From: Candidatus Woesebacteria bacterium RIFCSPHIGHO2_02_FULL_42_20 | Lineage (GTDB): Bacteria > Patescibacteriota > Microgenomatia > UBA8517 | Reading direction: 5' to 3' | NCBI GenBank assembly: GCA_001792535.1 | Contig: MGGS01000008.1 | Span: 11,016-75,015 of the forward strand | Length of the DNA: 64,000 bases | In this document: positions 1 to 8,892 of the stretch, in pieces | Position numbering within the stretch: the stretch's first letter is position 1 | Layout of the letters: the number at the start of each line of letters is the position of its first letter | The notes under the pieces: generated by a model | The model's input: only the letters and a program-made list of their open reading frames with translations | The model's database searches: none | Told to the model about the DNA's origin: nothing | Translations under genes and position numbers: made by a program

Positions 1-345
1 GTAAGTGGGGCAACCTTGAATGTTTTAGCTTTGCTAGTTGCGCCGTTTGCCCCCCATCTGGCCGAGGAAGTATGGGTGGAGGTCTTAAACAAAAAATATT
101 CAGTTCACAAAGCTACTTGGCCAAGTTACGACGAGAAGTATTTAAGTACTGATAGTGTGCTTGTCGCCGTTCAGGTAAACGGTAAACTGCGGGGGCAGGT
201 TGCGGTTAAGTTGGATAAAGCTGCCGACGAAAGCTACGTTGTTGCTTTGGCAAAAAGTGACCAAAAAATTTCCAACTGGTTAGCTAAAGGGAAGATTAAA
301 AAGCAGATCTATGTGCCTAGTAAGATATTAAATTTTGTAATCTGA
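1..345 (+). CDS. leuS: Leucine--tRNA ligase, C-terminal part (truncated by window edge)
   Basis: LVAPFAPHLAEEVW, VQVNGKLRG and YVPSKILNFV are typical LeuRS C-terminal motifs; followed by comEA. Confidence 0.93.
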   Translation, partial: VSGATLNVLALLVAPFAPHLAEEVWVEVLNKKYSVHKATWPSYDEKYLSTDSVLVAVQVNGKLRGQVAVKLDKAADESYVVALAKSDQKISNWLAKGKIKKQIYVPSKILNFVI

Positions 346-348
346 TAC

Positions 349-930
349 ATGTTGCCCAAGTTCAAGTGGCAGTTACTCATGCTTCTGGTTGGATTAATAC
401 TTATCGGTGGGGGATTTGTTCTAGGAAATTCAAGTTCCGGTTCTCCTAAAGTGGAAATAATCAACGATGAGTCGAGTCTAAATGATCTTGGGGATGTTGT
501 GGTTGAGGTTTCGGGGCAAATTAATAAACCCGGGGTTTATAATCTTTCAGCCGGGTCAAGAGTGGAAGATGTCATAAATGCGGCCGGAGGGCTTACGAGT
601 GAAGCCGATACGGAGTTTGTAGAAAAAAGAATCAATCGGGCAGCGCGCCTTTCAGACGGCCAAAAGATTTACATTCCCTCAGAAGAGGAAAACTCCAAAA
701 TACCAAATTCCCAAAACTCCAATAATGAGATATTAGGTGTCTTGGATAATTTGATAAACATAAATACTGCTAGCCAATCCGAGCTGGAATCTCTATGGGG
801 AATTGGCCCTGTTTACGCCCAAAACATCATTGAACAACGTCCTTACTCATCTGTGGAAGAACTACTTACAAAAAAAATTATTAAGCAAAATGTTTACGAC
901 AGGGTAAAGGATCAGATAAGTGTTTATTAA
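349..930 (+). CDS. comEA: ComEA DNA-uptake protein (TM, SLBB domain, helix-hairpin-helix)
   Basis: VEVSGQINKPGVY..GSRVEDVINAAGG; ININTASQSELESLWGIGPVYAQNII. Confidence 0.92.
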   Translation: MLPKFKWQLLMLLVGLILIGGGFVLGNSSSGSPKVEIINDESSLNDLGDVVVEVSGQINKPGVYNLSAGSRVEDVINAAGGLTSEADTEFVEKRINRAARLSDGQKIYIPSEEENSKIPNSQNSNNEILGVLDNLININTASQSELESLWGIGPVYAQNIIEQRPYSSVEELLTKKIIKQNVYDRVKDQISVY

Positions 931-999
931 GCCCTATCTCCTCTTAAGTGTTTTGTTTTATAGTTCGTCGGGTCGGTTAGGTTAGTTGTAGAATAAATC

Positions 1000-2058
1000 A
1001 TGCGATTTGGTTTTTATGCTTTTCTTGTCCTTCTTGTATTGTTTCGAATTTATGTCTCAAGGTCAATTTTCAAAGACGGGGATAAAATCAGAATCACGGA
1101 CAAGGTTGTTAGCGAGCCTCTGTATTTTGACAGTTCCCAGAGAATTATTTTACAAAATTTGAAGATTTATTTGCCTAAATATCCGGTCATAAGCTATGCG
1201 GACAATGTCGTTGTTGAGGGAGTAGTTGACGGAGACAGACTCAAAAATCCCAGGTTAATTGATGTTAAGGAAAACACTGGTTTTCTGTATCAATTTAGGG
1301 GAAAAGTTATCGAAGTGTATCGAAAATCCTTGCCCGAACCGCATAGTTCTTTGGTTGCAGGCATTACATTGGGATCAAAATCTTCCATGCCTCAAGATTT
1401 CTGGGAGGGATTAAGAAAGACCGGGACGCTCCATGTTGTTGTCGCCTCAGGCATGAACGTTACCTTTGTTGCCAAATTTCTAATCGAATCTTTGGTTTTG
1501 TTTATTAATCGCAGGCGAGCAGTGATAGTCGGCCTTCTCGGAGTTTGGGTGTATGCGCTTTTAAGCGGCTTTGACGCGCCGATTGTTCGGGCGTCTGTCA
1601 TGGGGTCGATCGCTTTTGGAGCTGGGGCTTTTGGTAGGCTGAGTTTTGCGATGAACGCCTTATTTTTATCTGCACTTATTATGCTCGTTGCAAAGCCCGA
1701 GTGGTTGGTCGATACTGGCTTCGAGCTTTCTTTCTTGGCGACACTGGGCCTGGTTTTGTTTGAAAGTAAAATACGCTCAAAACTTGATATATTTCCGCGG
1801 ATTTTTAAAGAAAGCTTATCAGCGACGCTTTCGGCTCAAATTGCTGTCAGCCCCCTTCTGCTTTTTGTTTTCGGCTACTTGAACCTACTCAGCCCACTTA
1901 TTAACGTGCTTATTCTTTGGACTGTGCCGGCGATTATGATTATCGGCGCAATTGGCGGAATTGTCGGAGTAATTTTCGAGCCATTGGGACAGATGGTTTT
2001 GATGTTGGCGTATCCGTTGACACTGTGGTTTACATTGATAATTGATCTGTTTAGTTAA
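1000..2058 (+). CDS. comEC: ComEC/Rec2 competence membrane domain
   Basis: GTLHVVVASGMNV, APIVRASVM, GFELSFLATLG; multiple TM segments. Confidence 0.9.
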   Translation: MRFGFYAFLVLLVLFRIYVSRSIFKDGDKIRITDKVVSEPLYFDSSQRIILQNLKIYLPKYPVISYADNVVVEGVVDGDRLKNPRLIDVKENTGFLYQFRGKVIEVYRKSLPEPHSSLVAGITLGSKSSMPQDFWEGLRKTGTLHVVVASGMNVTFVAKFLIESLVLFINRRRAVIVGLLGVWVYALLSGFDAPIVRASVMGSIAFGAGAFGRLSFAMNALFLSALIMLVAKPEWLVDTGFELSFLATLGLVLFESKIRSKLDIFPRIFKESLSATLSAQIAVSPLLLFVFGYLNLLSPLINVLILWTVPAIMIIGAIGGIVGVIFEPLGQMVLMLAYPLTLWFTLIIDLFS

Positions 2059-2085
2059 TTTTCAAAAATTGGTGCTTGAAAATTT

Positions 2086-2985
2086 ATGAAGCCTATCTGG
2101 AAATACTTTTTTGGTTTATTAATACTGGTTACCGTTGTTGTCTGGTTGGCTGTTATCGTTGGGTCGGATAGCAACTTGCATATCATCGCTTGTGACGTCG
2201 GCCAAGGGGACGCGATACTGCTACAAAATGCATCAAGTCAGATTTTGGTAGACGGGGGTCCCGGAAATAAAGTGCTGGATTGCTTGTCCCGCTATATGCC
2301 TTTTTGGGACAGAACTCTGGAGGTGGTGGTAATGACCCATCCACAGAGTGATCACTACGGCGGGCTGATAGAAGTTTTCAGGCGTTACAACGTAGGCATT
2401 TTTCTTGCTCCGAGTGTGGACAATAGCACTCAAGGTTACCAAGTGCTAAAAGATTTAGTAAAGGCCTCTCAGGCTCAAATTGTCAATCCCCAAAGGGGTA
2501 TGAAGATGAGGTTGGGTGAGATACAGTTAGATATACTCAACCCAACTGCTGAACTGCAGGATGAAGAACCGGGTACTGTAGGTAAAAACAGACTCGGAGC
2601 ATTCTCCCCCAAGCGTGACTTGAACGACTTTTCAGTCGTTTTTAATTTGAGCTATGGTAGCTTCGATGCGTTATTTACCGGAGATATTGGTCCTGAGATT
2701 TCAGACCAGATGGCAAAACAGCTTGCCCTGAGCGATAGTCGAAGGGTGGAATATATCAAAGTGCCTCATCACGGAAGTCGCAACGGTTTAACTGGAGAGC
2801 TATTGGATGTTACAAGTCCGGAAGTTGCGGTCATTTCCGTAGGGAAAGATAACACCTACGGGCATCCGCATGAAGAAACACTCAAGATACTAAGAGATGA
2901 AGATATAAAGATATTGAGAACAGACGAGATGGGAAGTGTCGAGGTTGTGACAGATGGCGAGAAATGGTGGGTGGTTGGGAAATAG
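2086..2985 (+). CDS. ComEC-type metallo-beta-lactamase-fold nuclease (split C-terminal ComEC domain)
   Basis: DVGQGDA, THPQSDHYGG, LFTGD, KVPHHGS, NTYGHP. Confidence 0.9.
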   Translation: MKPIWKYFFGLLILVTVVVWLAVIVGSDSNLHIIACDVGQGDAILLQNASSQILVDGGPGNKVLDCLSRYMPFWDRTLEVVVMTHPQSDHYGGLIEVFRRYNVGIFLAPSVDNSTQGYQVLKDLVKASQAQIVNPQRGMKMRLGEIQLDILNPTAELQDEEPGTVGKNRLGAFSPKRDLNDFSVVFNLSYGSFDALFTGDIGPEISDQMAKQLALSDSRRVEYIKVPHHGSRNGLTGELLDVTSPEVAVISVGKDNTYGHPHEETLKILRDEDIKILRTDEMGSVEVVTDGEKWWVVGK

Positions 2986-3067
2986 AACCGCAGGTCAGCC
3001 ACCTATAGTCTATTCAAGGGAAATTGTGTATAACATAAATCAGTTTTTGAAGTTCATAAATTATATT

Positions 3068-3448
3068 ATGATAGAAAGAGATCCTGTTTATATTCGTCTT
3101 GCCCGTACGGTGGGTAGAAGGTTGCCGGATATAGAAGCGGCGGCTGGGAGATTTTTGTCAGGAATTAACCCGCTGGGTTGTACCAGGGGTCAGATGCGGG
3201 AACATTTAGATCATACCTACCCAGGTGCCCAGATCGATAGGACCAGCTTCGGCGAGCATTTACTTAGACATAGAAAGAGAAAAGCTTATAATGTTTTTTT
3301 TAGAACAAAGGGCGTTGACCCTGGCCATATACACGGGTTATATGGTAACCCGAGGGTTGAGGGTTACTATGCAGTAATTGACGGAAGCCCGAATACACAA
3401 GGTGAAATCATAAGTGAGGATAGGTTAGTTGATCGCAATCCCATCTAA
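3068..3448 (+). CDS. Hypothetical protein
   Basis: Open frame; ATG at 3068 avoids overlap with the upstream gene; no motif recognised. Confidence 0.55.
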   Translation: MIERDPVYIRLARTVGRRLPDIEAAAGRFLSGINPLGCTRGQMREHLDHTYPGAQIDRTSFGEHLLRHRKRKAYNVFFRTKGVDPGHIHGLYGNPRVEGYYAVIDGSPNTQGEIISEDRLVDRNPI

Positions 3449-3450
3449 AA

Positions 3451-4441
3451 TTAAATGTAGCGGTTTACAATGCTGTTAACTTTGTCGTGTATGGCGTCTA
3501 AGTTGGGATAGATAAACTCGTCTTGAATGGTTCGGTTGTACCGCTCAATATAAGTGTCAATTTGGGGACATCTGGGGTAAATAAAACAATGGGGAACGCC
3601 GTCTTTTTTCAACTGCTCATCGAATGACCCCAGGTTTTCGCTTCCGTTGTCTGATTGCCAGACTCTGACTTTGCCCGGGTATAGATCTTTAAACCTGTGG
3701 TAAAAATCGGTCATGTTTTGGGAGGTTAACCGTTTGTAATTTAGAGTCAGGGCGAACTTCATTTTGACGTCGATGGCGGAGATGAAATACTCTTTGATCC
3801 CGTCCGTCACCCTCTCTACAGAGTCGGAATTAATGTATCCCCAGTCAATAGGCTTGGGAGAATGCTTTACTCTTAGCCGTTTCTTCTTTTTAACTTGATT
3901 TTGAGCCCATTTGCTGGCCGGGTCGTGGTATGTTTTGCTGGCCTTTTGAAAGAAGAACTTGTTTCTTTTGATGACGTTTACGATGGTGGAAACAGAAATG
4001 GTCGGAATACTTTTTTCCCGACAAAACCGGTCTAAAAATATTTTGATTTTGTCTTTTCCTAACCGAAAATGTTTCTTTCTTTGTTCTCTAATAAACTCAA
4101 CTATTTGAGCTTTGGTTGCCGGCTGTCTGGTTTGGTGGGGGCGGGTGGATTTGGGAACCAGGGACGACAGGCTGCCTTCCCCATTTTTTAGCCTTTGTTT
4201 CCACCTGGAAATAACCTTCCTGTCCACTCCGAAAGCCTGCTTGGTGATGGCTTCGCCGTGAGCATCATAAAAACGGATCATTTCCATACGTTTTTTGGCA
4301 ACTTCACTAGAGTCGAATTTCCTTAGGCTTGGAACCATCCTCATCACCCCCTTAATGCCTGAAATATAACTCCAAAGAGGATATGACTTGGACGAATATT
4401 CCACAACCATCTAATGTCGCATATGTATCTTAACTTGTTCA
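3451..4441 (-). mobile_element. IS481-like DDE transposase element, 3'-truncated (CDS 4410-3451; putative terminus about 4415-4441)
   Basis: N-terminal HTH (VISRWKQR..PKSTRPH) plus rve core (NSDS, WQSDNGSEN, IERYNRTIQDEF). The usual closing YNxxRPH segment is missing, and no second inverted repeat is seen near 3450. Confidence 0.8.
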
Positions 4442-5812
4442 GACAGGGCGGTTTAACTCCACAGGTTTTTGAATTTGCACATATGTGCCGTTTTTTGATT
4501 TCAAATCGGTTAGTTGCAGATAGAATCTATCGTCTTTATCCTTTATGAGTTGCACAAATAAATGGTCCCGGCTTACCAAGTTGTTCAAAGAAAGAACTTC
4601 ATTTGACCACCAATTTCGTCCGATGAAAATTCCTTTGTCTTTGGGTGATAACTCTATGAAACCGGGTTTATCGTCTCCCTTTTGAAATACCCTCTCTTGA
4701 ATGAGCATGAATTCTATATAATCAGGGTGATCTTTTTTTAAGTCTGGGTGTTTTTTTAAATTAACTACCCTCAAAACCGTTTTCCAAGGCTTATCTGGGT
4801 TTCCCAGAATTATTTTAATTTCACCATCCTCCAGATCGTATCTTTTGGGTTTGTGGGGCTCGAGGCGTTCTGTCTCAATGGTAGGATTGTCTTCTGCCTT
4901 ATTTTCGGCTACGGCTGCTGGTGGTTCTTCTTCAGGTTTATCTTCGGGAGCATCTACTCTGGCAATAATGACCGAAATGTTGTCAGCACCGCCGTTTTTG
5001 TTGGCTAGATCAACTAGACTATCGCAGGTTTCTTGAGGATCTTCTCCGAGGTTAACCGCCTGCATTGCATCTAAAATGTCTTGTGTATCCGTTATTTCCC
5101 AGAGCCCGTCTGAACAGAGCAAAAAGACATCGCCTTTTGTAGTTTCGATTTGATGAGTTTCGGCGTCCGACTGCATGCCATATGTTCCTCCCAATGCATT
5201 TGCAAGTACGTTTTTACCATCTTCGTCTTTAATATCGTCAATATGGCCGCTTTCTCCAAAGACTTTGTGGGCTACAAATGTTTGATCGAAAGTGACGAAT
5301 AGTTTACCGGCTCGAAGTAAATATGTTCGGCTATCACCAACATTACCGAGTATCGCCTCGCCAGTTTTGCGGTTGATTAGCACACCGGAGTAGGTAGTGC
5401 CCATATCACCAGTCATTTGCTTGTCGGCGTAGCGGATTGCTTGTTGCATGCTCTTTTGGCCAAGTTGGCCTGATTCTGCAACTAGTTGAGCTAGTTTTTC
5501 AGGAACACTTTTGATGGCTAACTCGCTTGCGATTTCACCTGCGAGGTACCCTCCCATTCCGTCTGCGGCTTGGAGTAGAAGCCAATCTTCGATTGTTTTT
5601 GTGTCAACGTTGTCCTCATTGTGGTCGCGGACTTGTCCAATATTTGTTCTTTGCCCGACTGCAAGACTGATTCTTTTGGCTTCAACTTCGTTGGCTACTG
5701 CCGGGCCGACTGAGGGAAGTGCATCAAAAAATGCCACAGCGACCCCTTCCGCTTGTTTCACGGATTCAGGTTCTTTGTTGCTTCCGAATAACTTATTTAA
5801 TCTTTCTCTCAT
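4439..5812 (-). CDS. PP2C/PPM Ser/Thr phosphatase with C-terminal FHA domain
   Basis: RDHNED, ADGMGG, MGTT, NVGDSR, LCSDGL, ADNISV; FHA signature IGR..VSRDH..DLKSKNGTYV. Confidence 0.88.
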   Translation of the reverse strand: MRERLNKLFGSNKEPESVKQAEGVAVAFFDALPSVGPAVANEVEAKRISLAVGQRTNIGQVRDHNEDNVDTKTIEDWLLLQAADGMGGYLAGEIASELAIKSVPEKLAQLVAESGQLGQKSMQQAIRYADKQMTGDMGTTYSGVLINRKTGEAILGNVGDSRTYLLRAGKLFVTFDQTFVAHKVFGESGHIDDIKDEDGKNVLANALGGTYGMQSDAETHQIETTKGDVFLLCSDGLWEITDTQDILDAMQAVNLGEDPQETCDSLVDLANKNGGADNISVIIARVDAPEDKPEEEPPAAVAENKAEDNPTIETERLEPHKPKRYDLEDGEIKIILGNPDKPWKTVLRVVNLKKHPDLKKDHPDYIEFMLIQERVFQKGDDKPGFIELSPKDKGIFIGRNWWSNEVLSLNNLVSRDHLFVQLIKDKDDRFYLQLTDLKSKNGTYVQIQKPVELNRPV

Positions 5813-5898
5813 GGTTTTTAAACTATTATTTCCTCTTTGGAATTTTGCAAATACGACCAAGATTTGATCAAACTTTCAAAATTTCATAGGTACTACTT

Positions 5899-6000
5899 AA
5901 GGCGGGGTGAGGAAGAGGGTTGTATTGAAAAAATGAGGTCACGCGAACGTGACATTTTCAATGTTCAGACTAAATCTGAACTCTCTTCTCACCCCGCCTT
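5899..6000 (-). ncRNA. Putative multi-stem structured RNA/hairpin element
   Basis: Outer arms AAGGCGGGGTGAG/CTCACCCCGCCTT (13 bp perfect, extendable); inner GTCACG-TTCG-CGTGAC and GTTCAGA-N5-TCTGAAC hairpins (minus strand). Confidence 0.5.
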
Positions 6001-6026
6001 TATTCCTGAAAGACTCCTTTCCGCCC

Positions 6027-6515
6027 TTACGGTGCCGACGTGCAGGAGGTCCAATCATAGACCTCCGTGAACTCTGGTGATCCGGGGATCACCAGAGTTA
6101 TTTCAGTTATGTCGTAGCCCGGACTCCGGGCTATTTGTAACCAAAAAAATTCGGATGGTGGGTTGACCCAGCGCCCACCCTGGCATCTGCCAGGGGGACA
6201 GGGGATCCACCCCTCGGTGGGCAGCACCCCTTCCAGGGTGCCATTCAGGATCTGAACTTTCAGATCCTGCCCACACAACTCGACGTGGATTCCCACGTCG
6301 ATTCGCTCAACTCCCGGAACGATCCGGTAGCTGTGCACCGACATGAACCCGGGCACGCAAGGTGCTTTGGGCTCATTTTTAGCTATGATCGGGAGCCACG
6401 CGCGTGGCTCCAGTTCTGCAGCTGGCGCTGCGGTTGAGGTTGCCGGGGAGGCGACCACGATGAGGATGAACAATGCGGCCAGCCCGAGGGCGGCCGCTCG
6501 GCGCAAGGTCTTCAT
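6027..6515 (-). CDS. Putative secreted hypothetical protein, GC-rich
   Basis: SD AAAGGAG before ATG 6515; signal peptide MKTLRRAAALGLAALFILIVVASPA; AWLPII motif; several Cys. Confidence 0.7.
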   Translation of the reverse strand: MKTLRRAAALGLAALFILIVVASPATSTAAPAAELEPRAWLPIIAKNEPKAPCVPGFMSVHSYRIVPGVERIDVGIHVELCGQDLKVQILNGTLEGVLPTEGWIPCPPGRCQGGRWVNPPSEFFWLQIARSPGYDITEITLVIPGSPEFTEVYDWTSCTSAP

Positions 6516-6529
6516 CTTTTCTCCTTTGA

Positions 6530-6740
6530 AAGGAAAATAAGGACTCCTGTCCCAGTTAGATAGCGCTTGTTGCGCATCAAACGGGACAAAAGCCCGCGAG
6601 TCGGTGGCGACTTCCTCTCCCTTCATTCAAGGGGTCCCTTCAGCTTTGTCCGCTGAGGCCCAAGGCAGAGATGCCGGGGAATAGACAAAATAATCAATTC
6701 TCAATTATCAATGAATTTATCTACTTTCCAGCATCTCCGC
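6530..6740 (-). promoter_or_regulatory. Highly structured 5' leader (about five hairpins) of the 6515 gene
   Basis: 25-nt arms at 6665-6689/6716-6740 (19/25 match, all differences are transitions), plus TCAGC/GCTGA, CCCTT/AAGGG, AGTCG/CGACT and GGGCTTTTGTCCC/GGGACAGGAGTCC stems. Confidence 0.5.
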
Positions 6741-6879
6741 TTTTTGAACAAAGGTAAGAATATTTAATAAGGATTTTTTCAGGAATGTCAAAGTGCTAAA
6801 TAATAAATCTTTTTTACTGTGGCTGTCACAGTTAAAGATGTTATTAGCCCATAGTCTATAGATTAGCCAAACAGTTCGC

Positions 6880-6908
6880 TTGACAGTACTTGACAGAAAT
6901 GATACAAT
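6880..6908 (+). promoter_or_regulatory. Sigma70-type promoter containing a TTGACAG direct repeat
   Basis: TTGACA-17 nt-TACAAT with extended TG; a second TTGACAG lies 10 bp downstream of the first. Confidence 0.65.
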
Positions 6909-6982
6909 CCTGACAATATTGAGTAGTAAACGGACTAACTTTGTGGAATAAATAATGAATACACAATAATTTGGAGGTTAAT

Positions 6983-7021
6983 AATCAATTATCAATAACC
7001 AATTTTCAATAAATGATCAAT
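6983..7021 (+). repeat. Degenerate heptamer tandem repeat (nnnCAAT) preceding the four-helix-bundle gene
   Basis: AATCAAT TATCAAT AACCAAT TTTCAAT ...CAAT. Confidence 0.75.
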
Positions 7022-7232
7022 GAAAAAAGTATCAAATAGTAAATCTAATCTAGAAGAAAGAACTGCAAAATTTGGTGAAAACATAATAGATTTGGTTAGA
7101 AAAATAAAATTAACGTCAGTCAATAAAAGGATAATTGAGCAAGTAGTTGGCTCTGGCGGTTCAACAGGCGCTAATTATTGTGAAGCCACCGAAGCCGAGA
7201 GTCGGCAGGATTTTATCCATAAAATTGTTTAA
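7020..7232 (+). pseudogene. Four-helix-bundle (23S rRNA IVS-like) protein, C-terminally truncated
   Basis: LEERTAKF..QVVGSGGSTGANYCEATEAESRQDFIHK; stops at 70 aa before the last helices. Confidence 0.8.
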
Positions 7233-7241
7233 TTAGCTAAC

Positions 7242-8510
7242 ATGAAACTTAACACCGCTTTTACGGACGACTATATAATGCAGGTTTCAAAGCAAATATT
7301 TGCTCCTGTGACAGTTGGAGAGAGCGTTTTCTGTCGCTGGTTCCCGGGTCACGGAATGACCGTGCGGATGATGCAGATTTTTTCAGACGAGAGTTTTTTG
7401 AAAATAGGCTTTGGGGAAAAGTACGGCAAAACTATCTTGGTCAGGATAGATGCTTCTGACTTTGCGATTGATCCGCTTCATTTGTTTTTTATGTACGTCA
7501 AAAAGAAGCTGGCTGATGAACTGTCTAAATTCAAAATTACTTCGAATGTAAAGGAAGCGAATTTTGCACGGCGCACGCCTCCCACGGTTTTCATTATTCA
7601 GGAAATAGGAAACATGTGTATTAAAGCCGTTGATAAAGGCTTTGATGTTGTTTTTATCATTGAAGTAGGGAATTTCAAATCCAAACTAGAACGAGAACTT
7701 TTTTCCGCCTGGGCGAGAATCGTAGAACGACACTTAGACAAAATCCACACGCACATAAACGGGGAAAACCGGAAATTGCTTGATCGTGGAGCTTTGCCTG
7801 CGGTGCTTATTCAAAGCATGATTACTGTTGCTTTACCTGACAAAAAGGAGTGCGACCACTACGTTAACTATTATGAGAAACTTTGGGCTATGAAGTTGTC
7901 AACCCGACAAATAAATAAAATTTTTGAAGTTTGTGGCCATGACAGTTGGTTAATCAAAGAAGCCCTGAGGGGTATCAAAGACGCCAAATCGGTTAATGAT
8001 CTTGTGGTGGATCCGAATTTGCTGCTCAAAGCGAAAATCCAATATGAACTTTACGGCGATGGCGAGAAAGAAGTGATGGAAACTATGTTTATCAAAGGAA
8101 AAATCCCTAAGTCTATGGAAAAGATTGCACTTGAACTTGAAAATGTGAATTTTTGGGGTAAAGACAGGAAGATAATGCGGATAATTGAGCAGGTTATAGT
8201 ACAGCGCGGAGCGGCAGGGGAGCTAAACATTAATCCAAAGGACGAAAAGTTATATCTTGGGTCAATTGACATCAGTCAAAAGTTATCGCCCATAGAAAAC
8301 AAAATTCTTGCCCATCTTTTTGAAGGAGAGGGGAAAATTGTGGGAAGAGATGCTGTCGCCAAACTTATTTGGGAAAGCCGAATGGAGGATAAATATTCGG
8401 ATTGGGCTATAGATAAAACGATTTCCCGTCTGCGCAAAAAATTGTCGCTTTACACAAATCTTTACACGATTACCACGAAGAAAAAGAAAGGCTTTGTGCT
8501 GGAAGGGTAG
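7242..8510 (+). CDS. Transcriptional regulator with C-terminal OmpR/PhoB-type winged helix and degenerate P-loop-like N-terminus
   Basis: LSPIENKILAHL..GKIVGRDAVAKLIW..YSDWAIDKTISRLRKKL..TKKKKGF; N-terminal GES..WFPGHGMT. Confidence 0.75.
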   Translation: MKLNTAFTDDYIMQVSKQIFAPVTVGESVFCRWFPGHGMTVRMMQIFSDESFLKIGFGEKYGKTILVRIDASDFAIDPLHLFFMYVKKKLADELSKFKITSNVKEANFARRTPPTVFIIQEIGNMCIKAVDKGFDVVFIIEVGNFKSKLERELFSAWARIVERHLDKIHTHINGENRKLLDRGALPAVLIQSMITVALPDKKECDHYVNYYEKLWAMKLSTRQINKIFEVCGHDSWLIKEALRGIKDAKSVNDLVVDPNLLLKAKIQYELYGDGEKEVMETMFIKGKIPKSMEKIALELENVNFWGKDRKIMRIIEQVIVQRGAAGELNINPKDEKLYLGSIDISQKLSPIENKILAHLFEGEGKIVGRDAVAKLIWESRMEDKYSDWAIDKTISRLRKKLSLYTNLYTITTKKKKGFVLEG

Positions 8511-8551
8511 TAATTTGCGCCTAGACTTCAAAAGAAATACAATTGTGGGTG

Positions 8552-8844
8552 ATGAAGTATAAAAAACAAAAAATTCAAAGCAATTACGCTTTTATTGATA
8601 GCCAGAACCTAAATCTTGGTGTGCGAAGTCAGGGCTGGAAGCTGGATTGGCGTAAATTTCGCCAATACTTGCGAGATAAGCACAAGGTTGGGAAAGCATA
8701 CCTTTTTATTGGCTATAAAACCGGAAAAGGTTTTACTCAAGATTGTTTAAACCTTTTTCGGGTTATGTAGTCCAAGTTGACTGGCTTAGAGGAAGCGTAG
8801 AACACAAAATAAAGACTGGCATCAGCGGTCGGTCGAAACCTTAG
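8552..8844 (+). pseudogene. NYN/LabA (PIN-like) domain gene remnant with internal deletion and frameshift
   Basis: NYAFIDSQNLNLGV..WKLDWRKFRQYL..AYLFIGY; another frame continues FYSRLFKPFSGYVVQVDWLRGSVEHK..GRSKP*. Confidence 0.72.
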
Positions 8845-8892
8845 GCCTATCCAGTCATCGTGATGAATATATATTAACAGCAAGCCGTTTAT

